From IMG/VR virus record IMGVR_UViG_3300045988_131275, positions 32,001 through 96,000 of that record: 64,000 bases of DNA, one strand, 5' to 3'. The stretch comes from a virus. Positions 52,706 through 60,923 of this stretch are shown piece by piece. Positions within the stretch are counted from its first letter, which is position 1. The number at the start of each line of letters is the position of its first letter. The notes beneath the pieces are model-generated. The model ran no database searches. It was not told where the DNA came from and saw only the letters and a list, made by a program, of their open reading frames with translations. The position numbers were made by a program, and so were the translations under genes.

Positions 52706-52767
52706 TACTCTCACCTCTATTCAATTGTATTTTTATGGAATTTTGAGCAGAAATGCTCTTAGAAAAA

Positions 52768-52959
52768 TTACATATTATCTAAAGCTTCAACAAATTCGTT
52801 ACCACAATCACAAAATGTATAAATCATAGATTTCATAAGTCCCCAAGACATTTCTGAGTGACCTTGATTTTTCATTACTTTAATACCTGCGACAATAGAA
52901 TTATCCTTAACAGTTTTAATAATATCTAAACATTGACCTAACTCCATTCCCTTGTACAT
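52768..52959 (-). CDS. hypothetical protein
   Basis: 63 aa ORF. Confidence 0.55.
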   Translation of the reverse strand: MYKGMELGQCLDIIKTVKDNSIVAGIKVMKNQGHSEMSWGLMKSMIYTFCDCGNEFVEALDNM

Positions 52960-53025
52960 ATCACTTAATCTAATAGGTACACATCTATCCCATTCGTCCC
53001 ATTTGTCTTGTGATAAAACTTTATG

Positions 53026-53313
53026 TCATTCTTTAATCCAATATTTTGTTAGTTCTGGAATTTTCTTTTTATGTTCTTCTTCTCTTCTGATGAAATCTTG
53101 TCTCCTTTTTTCTTGTTCATCTTTAAATTCTTTAAATGTTTTACCAATACATTTAATATATGCTTCATCTACTGTCATATCAGAACTTAAAATATTACCA
53201 TTAAAAGTTCCCCAATAATCCTTACCAGTTTTATATGACAACTGGTGTAAGTATTTAACAGCTTCTTCAATTGTCATTCCGTAATTAAAATCTACATCAA
53301 TATACTTTTTCAT
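53026..53313 (-). CDS. hypothetical protein
   Basis: 95 aa ORF with ATGGAGGAATTTAT upstream of the ATG. Confidence 0.65.
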   Translation of the reverse strand: MKKYIDVDFNYGMTIEEAVKYLHQLSYKTGKDYWGTFNGNILSSDMTVDEAYIKCIGKTFKEFKDEQEKRRQDFIRREEEHKKKIPELTKYWIKE

Positions 53314-53353
53314 ATAAATTCCTCCATTTTATGAGTTGAAAGTTTACTTTCAA

Positions 53354-54040
53354 CTAATCATTTTCTTCGACAAACTCACAATTAAGCATTCTTACGGACG
53401 CTAACATTGCGGTAAGATCTTCCGCACTTTCAATCTCGATATTATTTCCTCTACCAAATTCATCAAACATTACAAGCTCAGAATTTTTAATAATCCCATA
53501 GAAAATATTATCTTCATCAGAATCATCTTCCAATATATCGGATATATTATCTTCTAAGTCTTGTATAAAATCGTACATAGGAATATTGTTGCTTTTATAC
53601 TCAATAACAACTCTTGAAGTCATCCCATCAGCAGCAAACAAAAGTTCATATTTACATTTGTGGTATCCGTTTACATAAATTCCACGACTAATATAATTTT
53701 CAATTTCTGTCGGAAGATTTTTTGTGCTTTCCTCTATATCATACATTACAAAATAATCAATTACTTCTTTTTCTTTATGATTTTCTGTTAAAATCAAATG
53801 CCTCTCTTCTTGAATGCTTTTACATGTATTTTTGTACATATCAAAATACGATGTATTATTTTCATCATGATCTTTCTTAAAAAATGATTTATACACATCA
53901 TCATTTACATAATATCTACCAATACATTCTCCATAACTATCTGGAATTACTTTACCATTAAGTTCTAAACCAATTTTATTTGAAAGTAATCCAAATCCCA
54001 TACCTTCTAAATCTTCTCTTGCAATTGCAGTTAGTTTCAC
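53354..54040 (-). CDS. hypothetical protein
   Basis: 228 aa ORF, GTG start 9 nt after GAGAGGT. Confidence 0.65.
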   Translation of the reverse strand: MKLTAIAREDLEGMGFGLLSNKIGLELNGKVIPDSYGECIGRYYVNDDVYKSFFKKDHDENNTSYFDMYKNTCKSIQEERHLILTENHKEKEVIDYFVMYDIEESTKNLPTEIENYISRGIYVNGYHKCKYELLFAADGMTSRVVIEYKSNNIPMYDFIQDLEDNISDILEDDSDEDNIFYGIIKNSELVMFDEFGRGNNIEIESAEDLTAMLASVRMLNCEFVEEND

Positions 54041-54059
54041 TTATCTTTTACCTCTCAAT

Positions 54060-54236
54060 CTATTTTATTTCTTTTAATATCTTCTCTGTTACATGATATC
54101 TCTCAATTAAATCAATATTACATTGAGTTTCATCATTTATATCATTTAAAGAGCCTTTACAATATGGTGTAAGAAGTTTATTCAACGCAAGTATAATAAT
54201 TTTCTGATTCTCAAATAGTTCTTTTCCATAGTTCAT
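54060..54236 (-). CDS. small hypothetical protein (58 aa, below the track cutoff)
   Basis: ATG 54236 overlaps the upstream stop (TAATG). It fills a 195-nt gap. Confidence 0.45.
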   Translation of the reverse strand: MNYGKELFENQKIIILALNKLLTPYCKGSLNDINDETQCNIDLIERYHVTEKILKEIK

Positions 54237-54514
54237 TACTTATTTCTTCCTGTAATCTCATCTAAACACCAATTCCATCCGCATTTAAAACTTGGAAGTC
54301 TATCTTCCCATTTGTACGTTTCTGTAATTTCTTTTCGATCTGGTAACTTTCTTAACGGACATAATTCAGGAATTGTAGAGTGTTCTTTCTTTTTTAGAGA
54401 ATTAATATATTTATCCAATGATTGACAATAATATCCCCTCATTTCTATGTATTCTGAAAACGGACATTCATCACATGAATTAGGTTCTTCTATAAGCAAC
54501 ATAACTTTACTCAT
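54236..54514 (-). CDS. small Cys-rich protein, paralogue family copy 3
   Basis: LLIEEPNSCDECPF..C..ELCPLRKLP..CGWNWCLDEITG matches the shared family pattern. Confidence 0.7.
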   Translation of the reverse strand: MSKVMLLIEEPNSCDECPFSEYIEMRGYYCQSLDKYINSLKKKEHSTIPELCPLRKLPDRKEITETYKWEDRLPSFKCGWNWCLDEITGRNK

Positions 54515-54770
54515 TCTTACTTCCTCCTATGATTTCTCTTAAACAATCATTCCAACCTTTAACATTTCCATTATATATTTCTCCCCATTTTTTCTTACTA
54601 GGCAATTCTTTCAATGGACACCAATTAGGACGACTATTATTTTCTCCTACATTATTACATATTTCCTTTTTATTGTAATAACAAGATATTGAACCATCCA
54701 TATCTAAAACACGTAAATCACAGTCAAGACATTTATCTGGTGTTTCAATTACCAATATTGCTTTCCCCAT
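54507..54770 (-). CDS. small Cys-rich protein, paralogue family copy 2
   Basis: LVIETPDKCLDCDL..C..NWCPLKELP..GWNDCLREIIG. Confidence 0.7.
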   Translation of the reverse strand: MGKAILVIETPDKCLDCDLRVLDMDGSISCYYNKKEICNNVGENNSRPNWCPLKELPSKKKWGEIYNGNVKGWNDCLREIIGGSKNE

Positions 54771-54773
54771 TAT

Positions 54774-55064
54774 TTATTCTCCCACAATTTTCTCTAAACA
54801 TCTATTCCAACCGTCACGATACCCAGTATAATATTCGTCATACGGATCATCAAAATCATCCTTCTCCAGCAGTGGCTTCAAAGGACACCACTCAGGTTTA
54901 CCTTGGCAATATCCATCTTCACATTCAATTTGTTTCATCAATCCGTTATCTTTATCATCATCCATTACAGAGCAATATGCTTCAATTCCTTCATCTAATT
55001 CATAACAGAATCTACAATCTAAGCAAGTTTCTGGCGTATCAATCACTAATACCGATTTTCGCAT
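54774..55064 (-). CDS. small Cys-rich protein, paralogue family copy 1
   Basis: LVIDTPETCLDCRF..C..EWCPLKPL..GWNRCLEKIVG. Confidence 0.7.
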   Translation of the reverse strand: MRKSVLVIDTPETCLDCRFCYELDEGIEAYCSVMDDDKDNGLMKQIECEDGYCQGKPEWCPLKPLLEKDDFDDPYDEYYTGYRDGWNRCLEKIVGE

Positions 55065-55258
55065 TTAAGCACCTCTTCTTTTAGTTCCTGCGCTATAATA
55101 TTTATATCAATCATGTTGCATGTGGTATTGATTTCAAACCTTTCTCTAATTCGTTCCGCAAACTTATCAATAATTTCATTTTTGATTTTTTCATCATGAT
55201 TTCGCATCCATCCACTACCTTGTAAGAAAGAAATGCAGATTTCGTTATTCAGTTTCAT
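55046..55258 (-). CDS. hypothetical protein
   Basis: I prefer ATG 55258 (AAAGGTGAAGCGA upstream) over the track start 55303. Confidence 0.55.
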   Translation of the reverse strand: MKLNNEICISFLQGSGWMRNHDEKIKNEIIDKFAERIRERFEINTTCNMIDINIIAQELKEEVLKCENRY

Positions 55259-55271
55259 TCGCTTCACCTTT

Positions 55272-55547
55272 CTACACATACCACGCCCAAATCGGATTAA
55301 CATTCATTTTTGGTGCGTTGCATTTTTTCCTAATTCTTTTATGCTTTTTAGCATTTTTCTCGATATAGCCGCCTCGTATTTTAATTCCTCTTTTTATATC
55401 TCTGTAGGCTTCCATTATTGGACTGTATGCCTGTTCAACAATATATCCGCATCTTTCACACGATCCGTGGCGTTCAACTATTCCAAAATAATACTCTGAG
55501 AAACTAATATATTCATAATCATTTGATCCGCAAATAGGACAGTTCAT
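55272..55547 (-). CDS. hypothetical zinc-ribbon protein
   Basis: MNCPICGS..HGSCERCG. Confidence 0.65.
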   Translation of the reverse strand: MNCPICGSNDYEYISFSEYYFGIVERHGSCERCGYIVEQAYSPIMEAYRDIKRGIKIRGGYIEKNAKKHKRIRKKCNAPKMNVNPIWAWYV

Positions 55548-55838
55548 TCAGCTCTCCCCATCCTTCACGATTTTGATTGCAACTTCAAACGCATCAGTTT
55601 CACCCTCGAAATACTCCGATGCTTTCTGTAATGCAGCAGTTCTTGTCTTTTTTGTTTTCAACTGCTCTACAACCTTGTCTACATCAAAAGCTGTCGGCTG
55701 TTCTTGAACAGTTGTAATTGCAAGATGTGTAAATAAATCCATCGGAGAAACATCATTTTCCGCAGCTTTCTGCTTTTCTTTATCCCAATACCATTTTCTC
55801 ATTTCTTGAATTAATTTATTAGAATCAATCAGTCTCAT
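55548..55838 (-). CDS. hypothetical protein
   Basis: 96 aa ORF. Confidence 0.65.
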   Translation of the reverse strand: MRLIDSNKLIQEMRKWYWDKEKQKAAENDVSPMDLFTHLAITTVQEQPTAFDVDKVVEQLKTKKTRTAALQKASEYFEGETDAFEVAIKIVKDGES

Positions 55839-55918
55839 TCTTTATTTCTCCCAATTAATACGCAACCACTAAGTAACATCACAAACAACAATTCTACAAT
55901 CACTGTAAATCCATCCAT
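55835..55918 (-). CDS. possible 27-aa membrane peptide
   Basis: ATG 55918 follows the previous stop directly. Its TGA overlaps the next ATG (ATGA). The core VIVELLFVMLLSGCVLI is hydrophobic. Very short, so tentative. Confidence 0.3.
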   Translation of the reverse strand: MDGFTVIVELLFVMLLSGCVLIGRNKE

Positions 55919-56098
55919 TTATTCTTCTCCATACATACAAATTTCACACATATATTTACATTTTCCACAATGAGAATCATACCATTTGTTAAATTCCTCT
56001 GTTTTTATTTCATGTGTAATATTTGTTTTTAGCCAATATTCCTCATACTTAAATCCGCATATATCATGCATGTCCATATTATATAAATTCTTATTCAT
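55919..56098 (-). CDS. small Cys-rich protein (59 aa, below the track cutoff)
   Basis: ATG 56098 lies 5 nt after AAGGT. Contains HCGKCKYMCEIC. Confidence 0.45.
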   Translation of the reverse strand: MNKNLYNMDMHDICGFKYEEYWLKTNITHEIKTEEFNKWYDSHCGKCKYMCEICMYGEE

Positions 56099-56115
56099 AT
56101 TTTTACCTTATCTAA

Positions 56116-56334
56116 TTACCTTGTTTCTTCTAAACCTAATTCTCTTTGCTTCTCTGCAATTCTTAATGGAATATATAATTTATTGTACTCTTTCCTACAT
56201 ACATCACAATCACCATATCCATGTCCCCAACACCAATCACAGAACTTATCAAATTGCTTCTTTAATGCATCAGAAGAATCTGTATTTGCAAATCCTTTCC
56301 CGATGATTTTTGTTACAAAACTTATGTCACTCAC
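56116..56334 (-). CDS. small Cys-rich protein
   Basis: 72 aa containing CDWCWGHGYGDCDVC. Confidence 0.6.
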   Translation of the reverse strand: MSDISFVTKIIGKGFANTDSSDALKKQFDKFCDWCWGHGYGDCDVCRKEYNKLYIPLRIAEKQRELGLEETR

Positions 56335-56361
56335 CCTTTCCTCACAAATGAAAGACGCATT

Positions 56362-57234
56362 TTATTCTCCTACATTAATCAACTTATCTATATATTCTCT
56401 ACCTTCACCTTTAAAAATTGGAATTTCTTTATCAATAATCCAAGCATTCTCAGATTCAGAACTATCTCTTAACTGTGTGATTTCTGTTGTCCCGTCTGTC
56501 GAAATAACAATATTATTTCTAACACAACAACTTCCCCTCTTCTGATGAGTAGGTAAATCATTCCAGTTAATTCCTTTATCAATTAACATATCTTGAATCT
56601 GATTGCACGATTTATTTTGAAGTTCTTTATGAGAAAAATTAGCTTGACCTACCATTTGAATTGAATTACGAGAAGCGTCTAATTGTCGCCAGTAGATAAG
56701 ATTTGTTACTTCTTCTTTCGGAATATTAAAACAACGTGCATCAAACATTGCGCCTTTTTCAACAGCTTTAGAATATGTTTCGCACATTTCATATTCTGGT
56801 GTACCTTTGCCATACCAACCATTAGTTTCATATTCTATCGCATAATATTGTTCAAGGTTTTCAACATTTTTTTTAAAGAATTTGTTAAACGCCATTGTAG
56901 CCATACTCGCTGCGATACTGCACATTTTCTGAACTTCATAATCAAACCATGCAGAAGAATTTAATTTCTTATAGTCAATCAGAATCAATGTAATCTCATC
57001 AGACTGAGTATATCCTAATACACATCCTTGGATATTTTCACAAAGATATTTCATTGTTTTCTGCATAGATTCAATTAAGACTTCATCAAATGGTTTATTA
57101 AATCCTCTTGTAAATGTATGAAATGCTTTACCATCAATTCTGATTGCAACTGGACAGCGGCGTATAAGTTTTGTTTTTGGAATTTCCTCATAAAAAGTTT
57201 TCATTCTAGTTCCTAAATCATCTCTTGTTGGCAT
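56362..57234 (-). CDS. tRNA-His guanylyltransferase (Thg1)-like 3'-5' nucleotidyltransferase
   Basis: MKTFYEE..CPVAIRIDGKAFHTFTRGFNKPFDEVL..M..L..GYTQSDEITLIL reproduces the Thg1/TLP N-terminal catalytic signature (R.DG..F..F..KP.D ... SDEIS). Confidence 0.75.
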   Translation of the reverse strand: MPTRDDLGTRMKTFYEEIPKTKLIRRCPVAIRIDGKAFHTFTRGFNKPFDEVLIESMQKTMKYLCENIQGCVLGYTQSDEITLILIDYKKLNSSAWFDYEVQKMCSIAASMATMAFNKFFKKNVENLEQYYAIEYETNGWYGKGTPEYEMCETYSKAVEKGAMFDARCFNIPKEEVTNLIYWRQLDASRNSIQMVGQANFSHKELQNKSCNQIQDMLIDKGINWNDLPTHQKRGSCCVRNNIVISTDGTTEITQLRDSSESENAWIIDKEIPIFKGEGREYIDKLINVGE

Positions 57235-57273
57235 AAAATTCTCCTTTCTTTCAAATGAAACAAAAAGTCATCA

Positions 57274-57519
57274 CTAAATTATAAAGAATAATCTCCATAT
57301 TAACGGATGTTTCTTTATTCTCTTAATCAATCCATACGCACAGAAATAATTTACATTCTCCCAGTTACCTGTATCAATGACATAATCTCCATCTGGAATT
57401 AATAAATCTTGCATAATAATTGAGAAATCATATCCGTTAATAGATCCAAATAAGTCATCTTTACCAAACTTCTTTTCTATTTCTTTCAATCGTTGTTCTA
57501 CTTTATGTAACTCTTTCAT
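57274..57519 (-). CDS. hypothetical protein
   Basis: 81 aa ORF with TTTCATGGAGGATTAATAT upstream of the ATG. Confidence 0.6.
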   Translation of the reverse strand: MKELHKVEQRLKEIEKKFGKDDLFGSINGYDFSIIMQDLLIPDGDYVIDTGNWENVNYFCAYGLIKRIKKHPLIWRLFFII

Positions 57520-57546
57520 ATATTAATCCTCCATGAAAACAACATT

Positions 57547-57822
57547 TCAGTCAATGTAAATATAATTATCGCTTCTAAAATAAACATTTGGATACATTGC
57601 TACAACCAGATTTCTAATTGCAACAAATAGATTCCCTCTATCGTCATACAATTCTAACTCACCCGTTTCTTTATTTTTCTTATATACACTCAATTCTCCA
57701 TCAGAATTTTTCTGTATATAAAAATCTTCATCTTCGTCTAGTGCGAATTTCATATGAAGTGTTTCACATAATATCTCTAACGCTTTAGTAGAAGTAACTT
57801 CATATTCAAAATTAATTTTCAT
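57547..57822 (-). CDS. hypothetical protein
   Basis: 91 aa ORF. Confidence 0.65.
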   Translation of the reverse strand: MKINFEYEVTSTKALEILCETLHMKFALDEDEDFYIQKNSDGELSVYKKNKETGELELYDDRGNLFVAIRNLVVAMYPNVYFRSDNYIYID

Positions 57823-58012
57823 ATCTGTCTCTCCTCGTATTAAATATATTGATATATTTTTGGCACTTATAATCTTTTCTGCACCCTTTTAGATATAATT
57901 CACACCACCAACACATTGCGGGTACAAATCCAATTCTTTCGGCTTTTGATTTTGCTTCTTTCATTGTATTTCTATTCCTTGCTTTAACTGTTTCACTCAT
58001 CTTATTCTCCAT
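57812..58012 (-). CDS. hypothetical small Cys-containing protein
   Basis: 66 aa containing CWWCELYLKGCRKDYKC. Confidence 0.6.
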   Translation of the reverse strand: MENKMSETVKARNRNTMKEAKSKAERIGFVPAMCWWCELYLKGCRKDYKCQKYINIFNTRRDRYEN

Positions 58013-58020
58013 AAATAATT

Positions 58021-58527
58021 TCAGTTGTGAAATTCAAGTACTTCTTTTGGACAATAAATAATTCTCTTTCCTGCTTTTTGAGCTTTACGAATGGTAGACC
58101 AAACACCACCAGACTTATTACCATCCCAAATTGCTAACAAAACATCACACTTATCAACTATGTATTGATCTCTTACGTTATCACAGCCTTTATAAAATTT
58201 ATCTGACAATTCAACCCATTCACTTGCTTTCAATTTTAAAAATTTATAATATTTGTGTGATGAATTATAGTCTTTACAAGGAAGAATACAGTGTAATTTA
58301 ATACTGTTTATGTAATGCATTGATACTCCTGCAATAGCAAATGCAATATCACTTCCAGAAGCCATCCCCGTATATAAATCAAGTGGTTCGTTATTATCTT
58401 CACAAGTCTTTATAAATTTACTCAATTCATCTATAATCCAATGCTGAATTGGAATCCATTTTTCATCTATTTCATCTTCTGGTAAACCTAATCTTTGATT
58501 TCTATGCCCTGTTATTCCAATTTTCAT
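58021..58527 (-). CDS. SLOG-superfamily protein (DUF1273 / YpsA-like)
   Basis: MKIGITGHRN.., YTGMASGSDIAFAIAG and LLAIWDGNKSGGV follow the YpsA/DUF1273 Rossmann-like pattern. I start it at ATG 58527 (GAGGAGGATAAA upstream), not at the track start 58641. Confidence 0.6.
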   Translation of the reverse strand: MKIGITGHRNQRLGLPEDEIDEKWIPIQHWIIDELSKFIKTCEDNNEPLDLYTGMASGSDIAFAIAGVSMHYINSIKLHCILPCKDYNSSHKYYKFLKLKASEWVELSDKFYKGCDNVRDQYIVDKCDVLLAIWDGNKSGGVWSTIRKAQKAGKRIIYCPKEVLEFHN

Positions 58528-58544
58528 TTTATCCTCCTCAATAT

Positions 58545-59525
58545 CTATCCACGATTTTTCTTGTAATCTTGTACTAAATTGCCACAACATAATGGTAATT
58601 CTGCTTTGGCAGCTACATCTACAATAACTTTCAAACCACAACTTTCAACTTTTTCTTTAATCTTGTTCATATTTTCCCAATTCCACTGAATTGCATCTTC
58701 AAGACCATGTTCTTTTGTAGCAGTTGTTGTATTAAGCGGAGTAATCTTTACACAAAATACACTAGGATCAAGCCCGTATAATTTGTCTGGATTAAGTTCC
58801 CAACCTGTTCCACAAATAAAATTAAGAGTAATAAGCCTATTGTTGTTTGGCATATTATTAAATTCTCTTTTCATTTCTTCGATTGTCACAACATCTGCAC
58901 CACCGAATAAATATTTTCTCTCATCTTCATTTGTGCTATTCGTAGAAATCTGAATATGCATGAATCCGTTAAGATATTCTTTAACAGACATAACCTCTTC
59001 TTTTAATACATCAACTGGACTTTTACCAAATACTTTTACTTTCGGAAGAATCGTATTATAGCAAGGTAAAAATGTAAAACCTTCACGATATGTTTTCATA
59101 TCTTTCATAACCTGTAAAATATTCTTCCAGTTATATTGTGGTTCTCCCATACGTGCAAAACCAACTTTAATTTTATTACTTTTTGTGACATACGAATGCT
59201 GATTAAATACAAATTCAAGTTGCTCCCACATCTCTTCTGCTGATAAATTCCCATGAAACCCTAACTCTGGAACTAAACAGAATTGACATTTCTGAGGACA
59301 TCCATACTGAGTACTAATTGCAGTAAGCCATTTATCTTCAAAAGGCACAAGATTTTTCTTAATTAATTCTACATCATCAGTCATAATGACTTCTTGAGAT
59401 TTGCCTTTTGTATTTACATCCTGCATAGATGTTGTTTCAATATAAAAATCTTTTTCTTTGTTATAAAGCACATAAACACTACCACTTGGATATGTATACT
59501 CTTTTACCAATTCAAAATGCTTCAT
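58545..59525 (-). CDS. radical SAM enzyme with RlmN/Cfr-like architecture
   Basis: ISTQYGCPQKCQFCLVPELGFHGNLSAEE (CX3CX2C), ARMGEPQYNW, HIQISTNSTNEDER, CVKITPLN and the C-terminal PLCCGNL parallel RlmN block by block. The Cys equivalent to RlmN C118 is Ala. Confidence 0.65.
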   Translation of the reverse strand: MKHFELVKEYTYPSGSVYVLYNKEKDFYIETTSMQDVNTKGKSQEVIMTDDVELIKKNLVPFEDKWLTAISTQYGCPQKCQFCLVPELGFHGNLSAEEMWEQLEFVFNQHSYVTKSNKIKVGFARMGEPQYNWKNILQVMKDMKTYREGFTFLPCYNTILPKVKVFGKSPVDVLKEEVMSVKEYLNGFMHIQISTNSTNEDERKYLFGGADVVTIEEMKREFNNMPNNNRLITLNFICGTGWELNPDKLYGLDPSVFCVKITPLNTTTATKEHGLEDAIQWNWENMNKIKEKVESCGLKVIVDVAAKAELPLCCGNLVQDYKKNRG

Positions 59526-59539
59526 TTAATTATTCTCCT

Positions 59540-60271
59540 TTACCCACAGTATTGTTCAATTTCTTCATATTTCTTCATCCATACTTTTCTATCATCTTCT
59601 GTATAGCCAAAGAAATATGGATAAAGTTGATTGTTTGTTGTGAAATAATAATGATGATATTCTCCATCTGGTAAGAACATAACACCAGGAATATCAATAG
59701 AATCTTTAATTTTTAAGAAATTTTGATATGCTTTTTTATTACCAAACATTTGTCTGAATGTAATTTGTTGAACTCCGATACTACGCATTTTACTTATGTA
59801 TTGCAAGCAATCTTCTTTAGTCATTCTCTCATTAAGCACATTAATAACTCTTACTCTTGTAGTCTCTTCTATTTCAGGTAATTTCATTTTCAGTTTTTCT
59901 ACAGCATGAGAATCATTTGACTCAATGCTCAATGCAATTTTTCTAAATTTCTTAATTAAGTTCTTATCATCTGGTAAAATTCTTGTATGTATATCTAGTT
60001 TTTTATTATATTTTTTCGCAAGTTCATACACCTTATCATAAAAATCAAGATTATCTTTCCAATTATAAAATGGATCTCCACCACCAGATAAATTAACCGT
60101 AGGAGCATTTGATTCAGAAACACACTTTTCCAAATATTCCCAGTCAATTTTACTCTTATCTGTAATTGCATTTTGCAAAATTGGATGATGTTTTGTAATA
60201 CAATATTTGCAATTACAATCACACCCAAAATTGGTGATTATCGTAAATCCTCTATTAATTTCTGTATACAT
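59540..60271 (-). CDS. small radical SAM protein
   Basis: NFGCDCNCKYC (CX3CX2C) and NLSGGGDPF (GGE-like). I prefer ATG 60271 (TTGGAGAAAAT upstream) over the track start 60292. Confidence 0.7.
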   Translation of the reverse strand: MYTEINRGFTIITNFGCDCNCKYCITKHHPILQNAITDKSKIDWEYLEKCVSESNAPTVNLSGGGDPFYNWKDNLDFYDKVYELAKKYNKKLDIHTRILPDDKNLIKKFRKIALSIESNDSHAVEKLKMKLPEIEETTRVRVINVLNERMTKEDCLQYISKMRSIGVQQITFRQMFGNKKAYQNFLKIKDSIDIPGVMFLPDGEYHHYYFTTNNQLYPYFFGYTEDDRKVWMKKYEEIEQYCG

Positions 60272-60304
60272 ATTTTCTCCAATTCTTTCCATGAAACTGC
60301 CGTT

Positions 60305-60646
60305 TTATCTTTTCTCAAACATATTTTTATTAATACACGCTTGACACGTTCTACCTGCAACATTTTTCCACCCATACTTACATTCAACACAATTAACCAA
60401 TTCAAAATATTCTAGTTTCCATTGAAGAACATTATGGAAATCATATGAACTATACCCTATGTGATAGTAATTTTCTCCAATTTTCCTATATTTTAATGAA
60501 TAGTACGGCTTGTCATCTATAATCTCGAAAATTTGATCTATTTCTACTACTTTTATTTTTGGATTATGTTTAATATTTGTACTCAGATTACTATCATAAG
60601 TCTTGTCATAATAATTTAATTCTTTTAATACTTCTTCTGGTTTCAT
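60305..60646 (-). CDS. hypothetical protein
   Basis: I prefer ATG 60646 (AGGAGGATTAAT upstream) over the track start 60715. Confidence 0.6.
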   Translation of the reverse strand: MKPEEVLKELNYYDKTYDSNLSTNIKHNPKIKVVEIDQIFEIIDDKPYYSLKYRKIGENYYHIGYSSYDFHNVLQWKLEYFELVNCVECKYGWKNVAGRTCQACINKNMFEKR

Positions 60647-60656
60647 ATTAATCCTC

Positions 60657-60923
60657 CTAATGATTGTTTTTCTTGGAGAAATCATAGTCAATAAACAGTG
60701 TTTTCTTTTTACCACATTTCTTGCATACTAGAAGAGTTTCTCCGTCTTTTACCAAATGCCACTCAATTTTATATACATGTGGTTTACAAAGACATTTAAT
60801 CTTACAGCCATTCTTTCGCCATCTGTTGAATTTGCTGATTATTGCATACAATAGTATGTAAACAGCAAGTCCAACTACGCACATTCCCAGCATCATAAAA
60901 ATTTCTTTTATCGCTTCAATCAT
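60657..60923 (-). CDS. small membrane-anchored zinc-ribbon protein
   Basis: TM helix MMLGMCVVGLAVYILLYAII followed by CKIKCLC..CKKCG. Confidence 0.6.
   Translation of the reverse strand: MIEAIKEIFMMLGMCVVGLAVYILLYAIISKFNRWRKNGCKIKCLCKPHVYKIEWHLVKDGETLLVCKKCGKKKTLFIDYDFSKKNNH

Noticed and set aside
19431-57538. The recurrent TTTCATGGAGG sequence upstream of several genes (+ strand CCTCCATGAAA at 19431, 49916 and 57528, with variants at 43133 and 60287), considered as a dedicated regulatory motif or upstream mini-ORF start.
   Set aside because: The shared part is essentially the SD (GGAGG) plus the 3' arm of assorted small hairpins. The embedded ATG falls in different frames relative to the downstream genes. 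This is most simply a preferred ribosome-binding context.
45524-60271. A 7-deazaguanine (preQ0/archaeosine-type) DNA modification pathway, suggested by a PP-loop ATPase plus radical-SAM genes.
   Set aside because: The PP-loop protein matches the asparagine-synthetase type (LSG..ADDLYG), not QueC. The radical-SAM genes lie 12 kb away. No FolE, QueD or DpdA/TGT-like gene is visible in the window.
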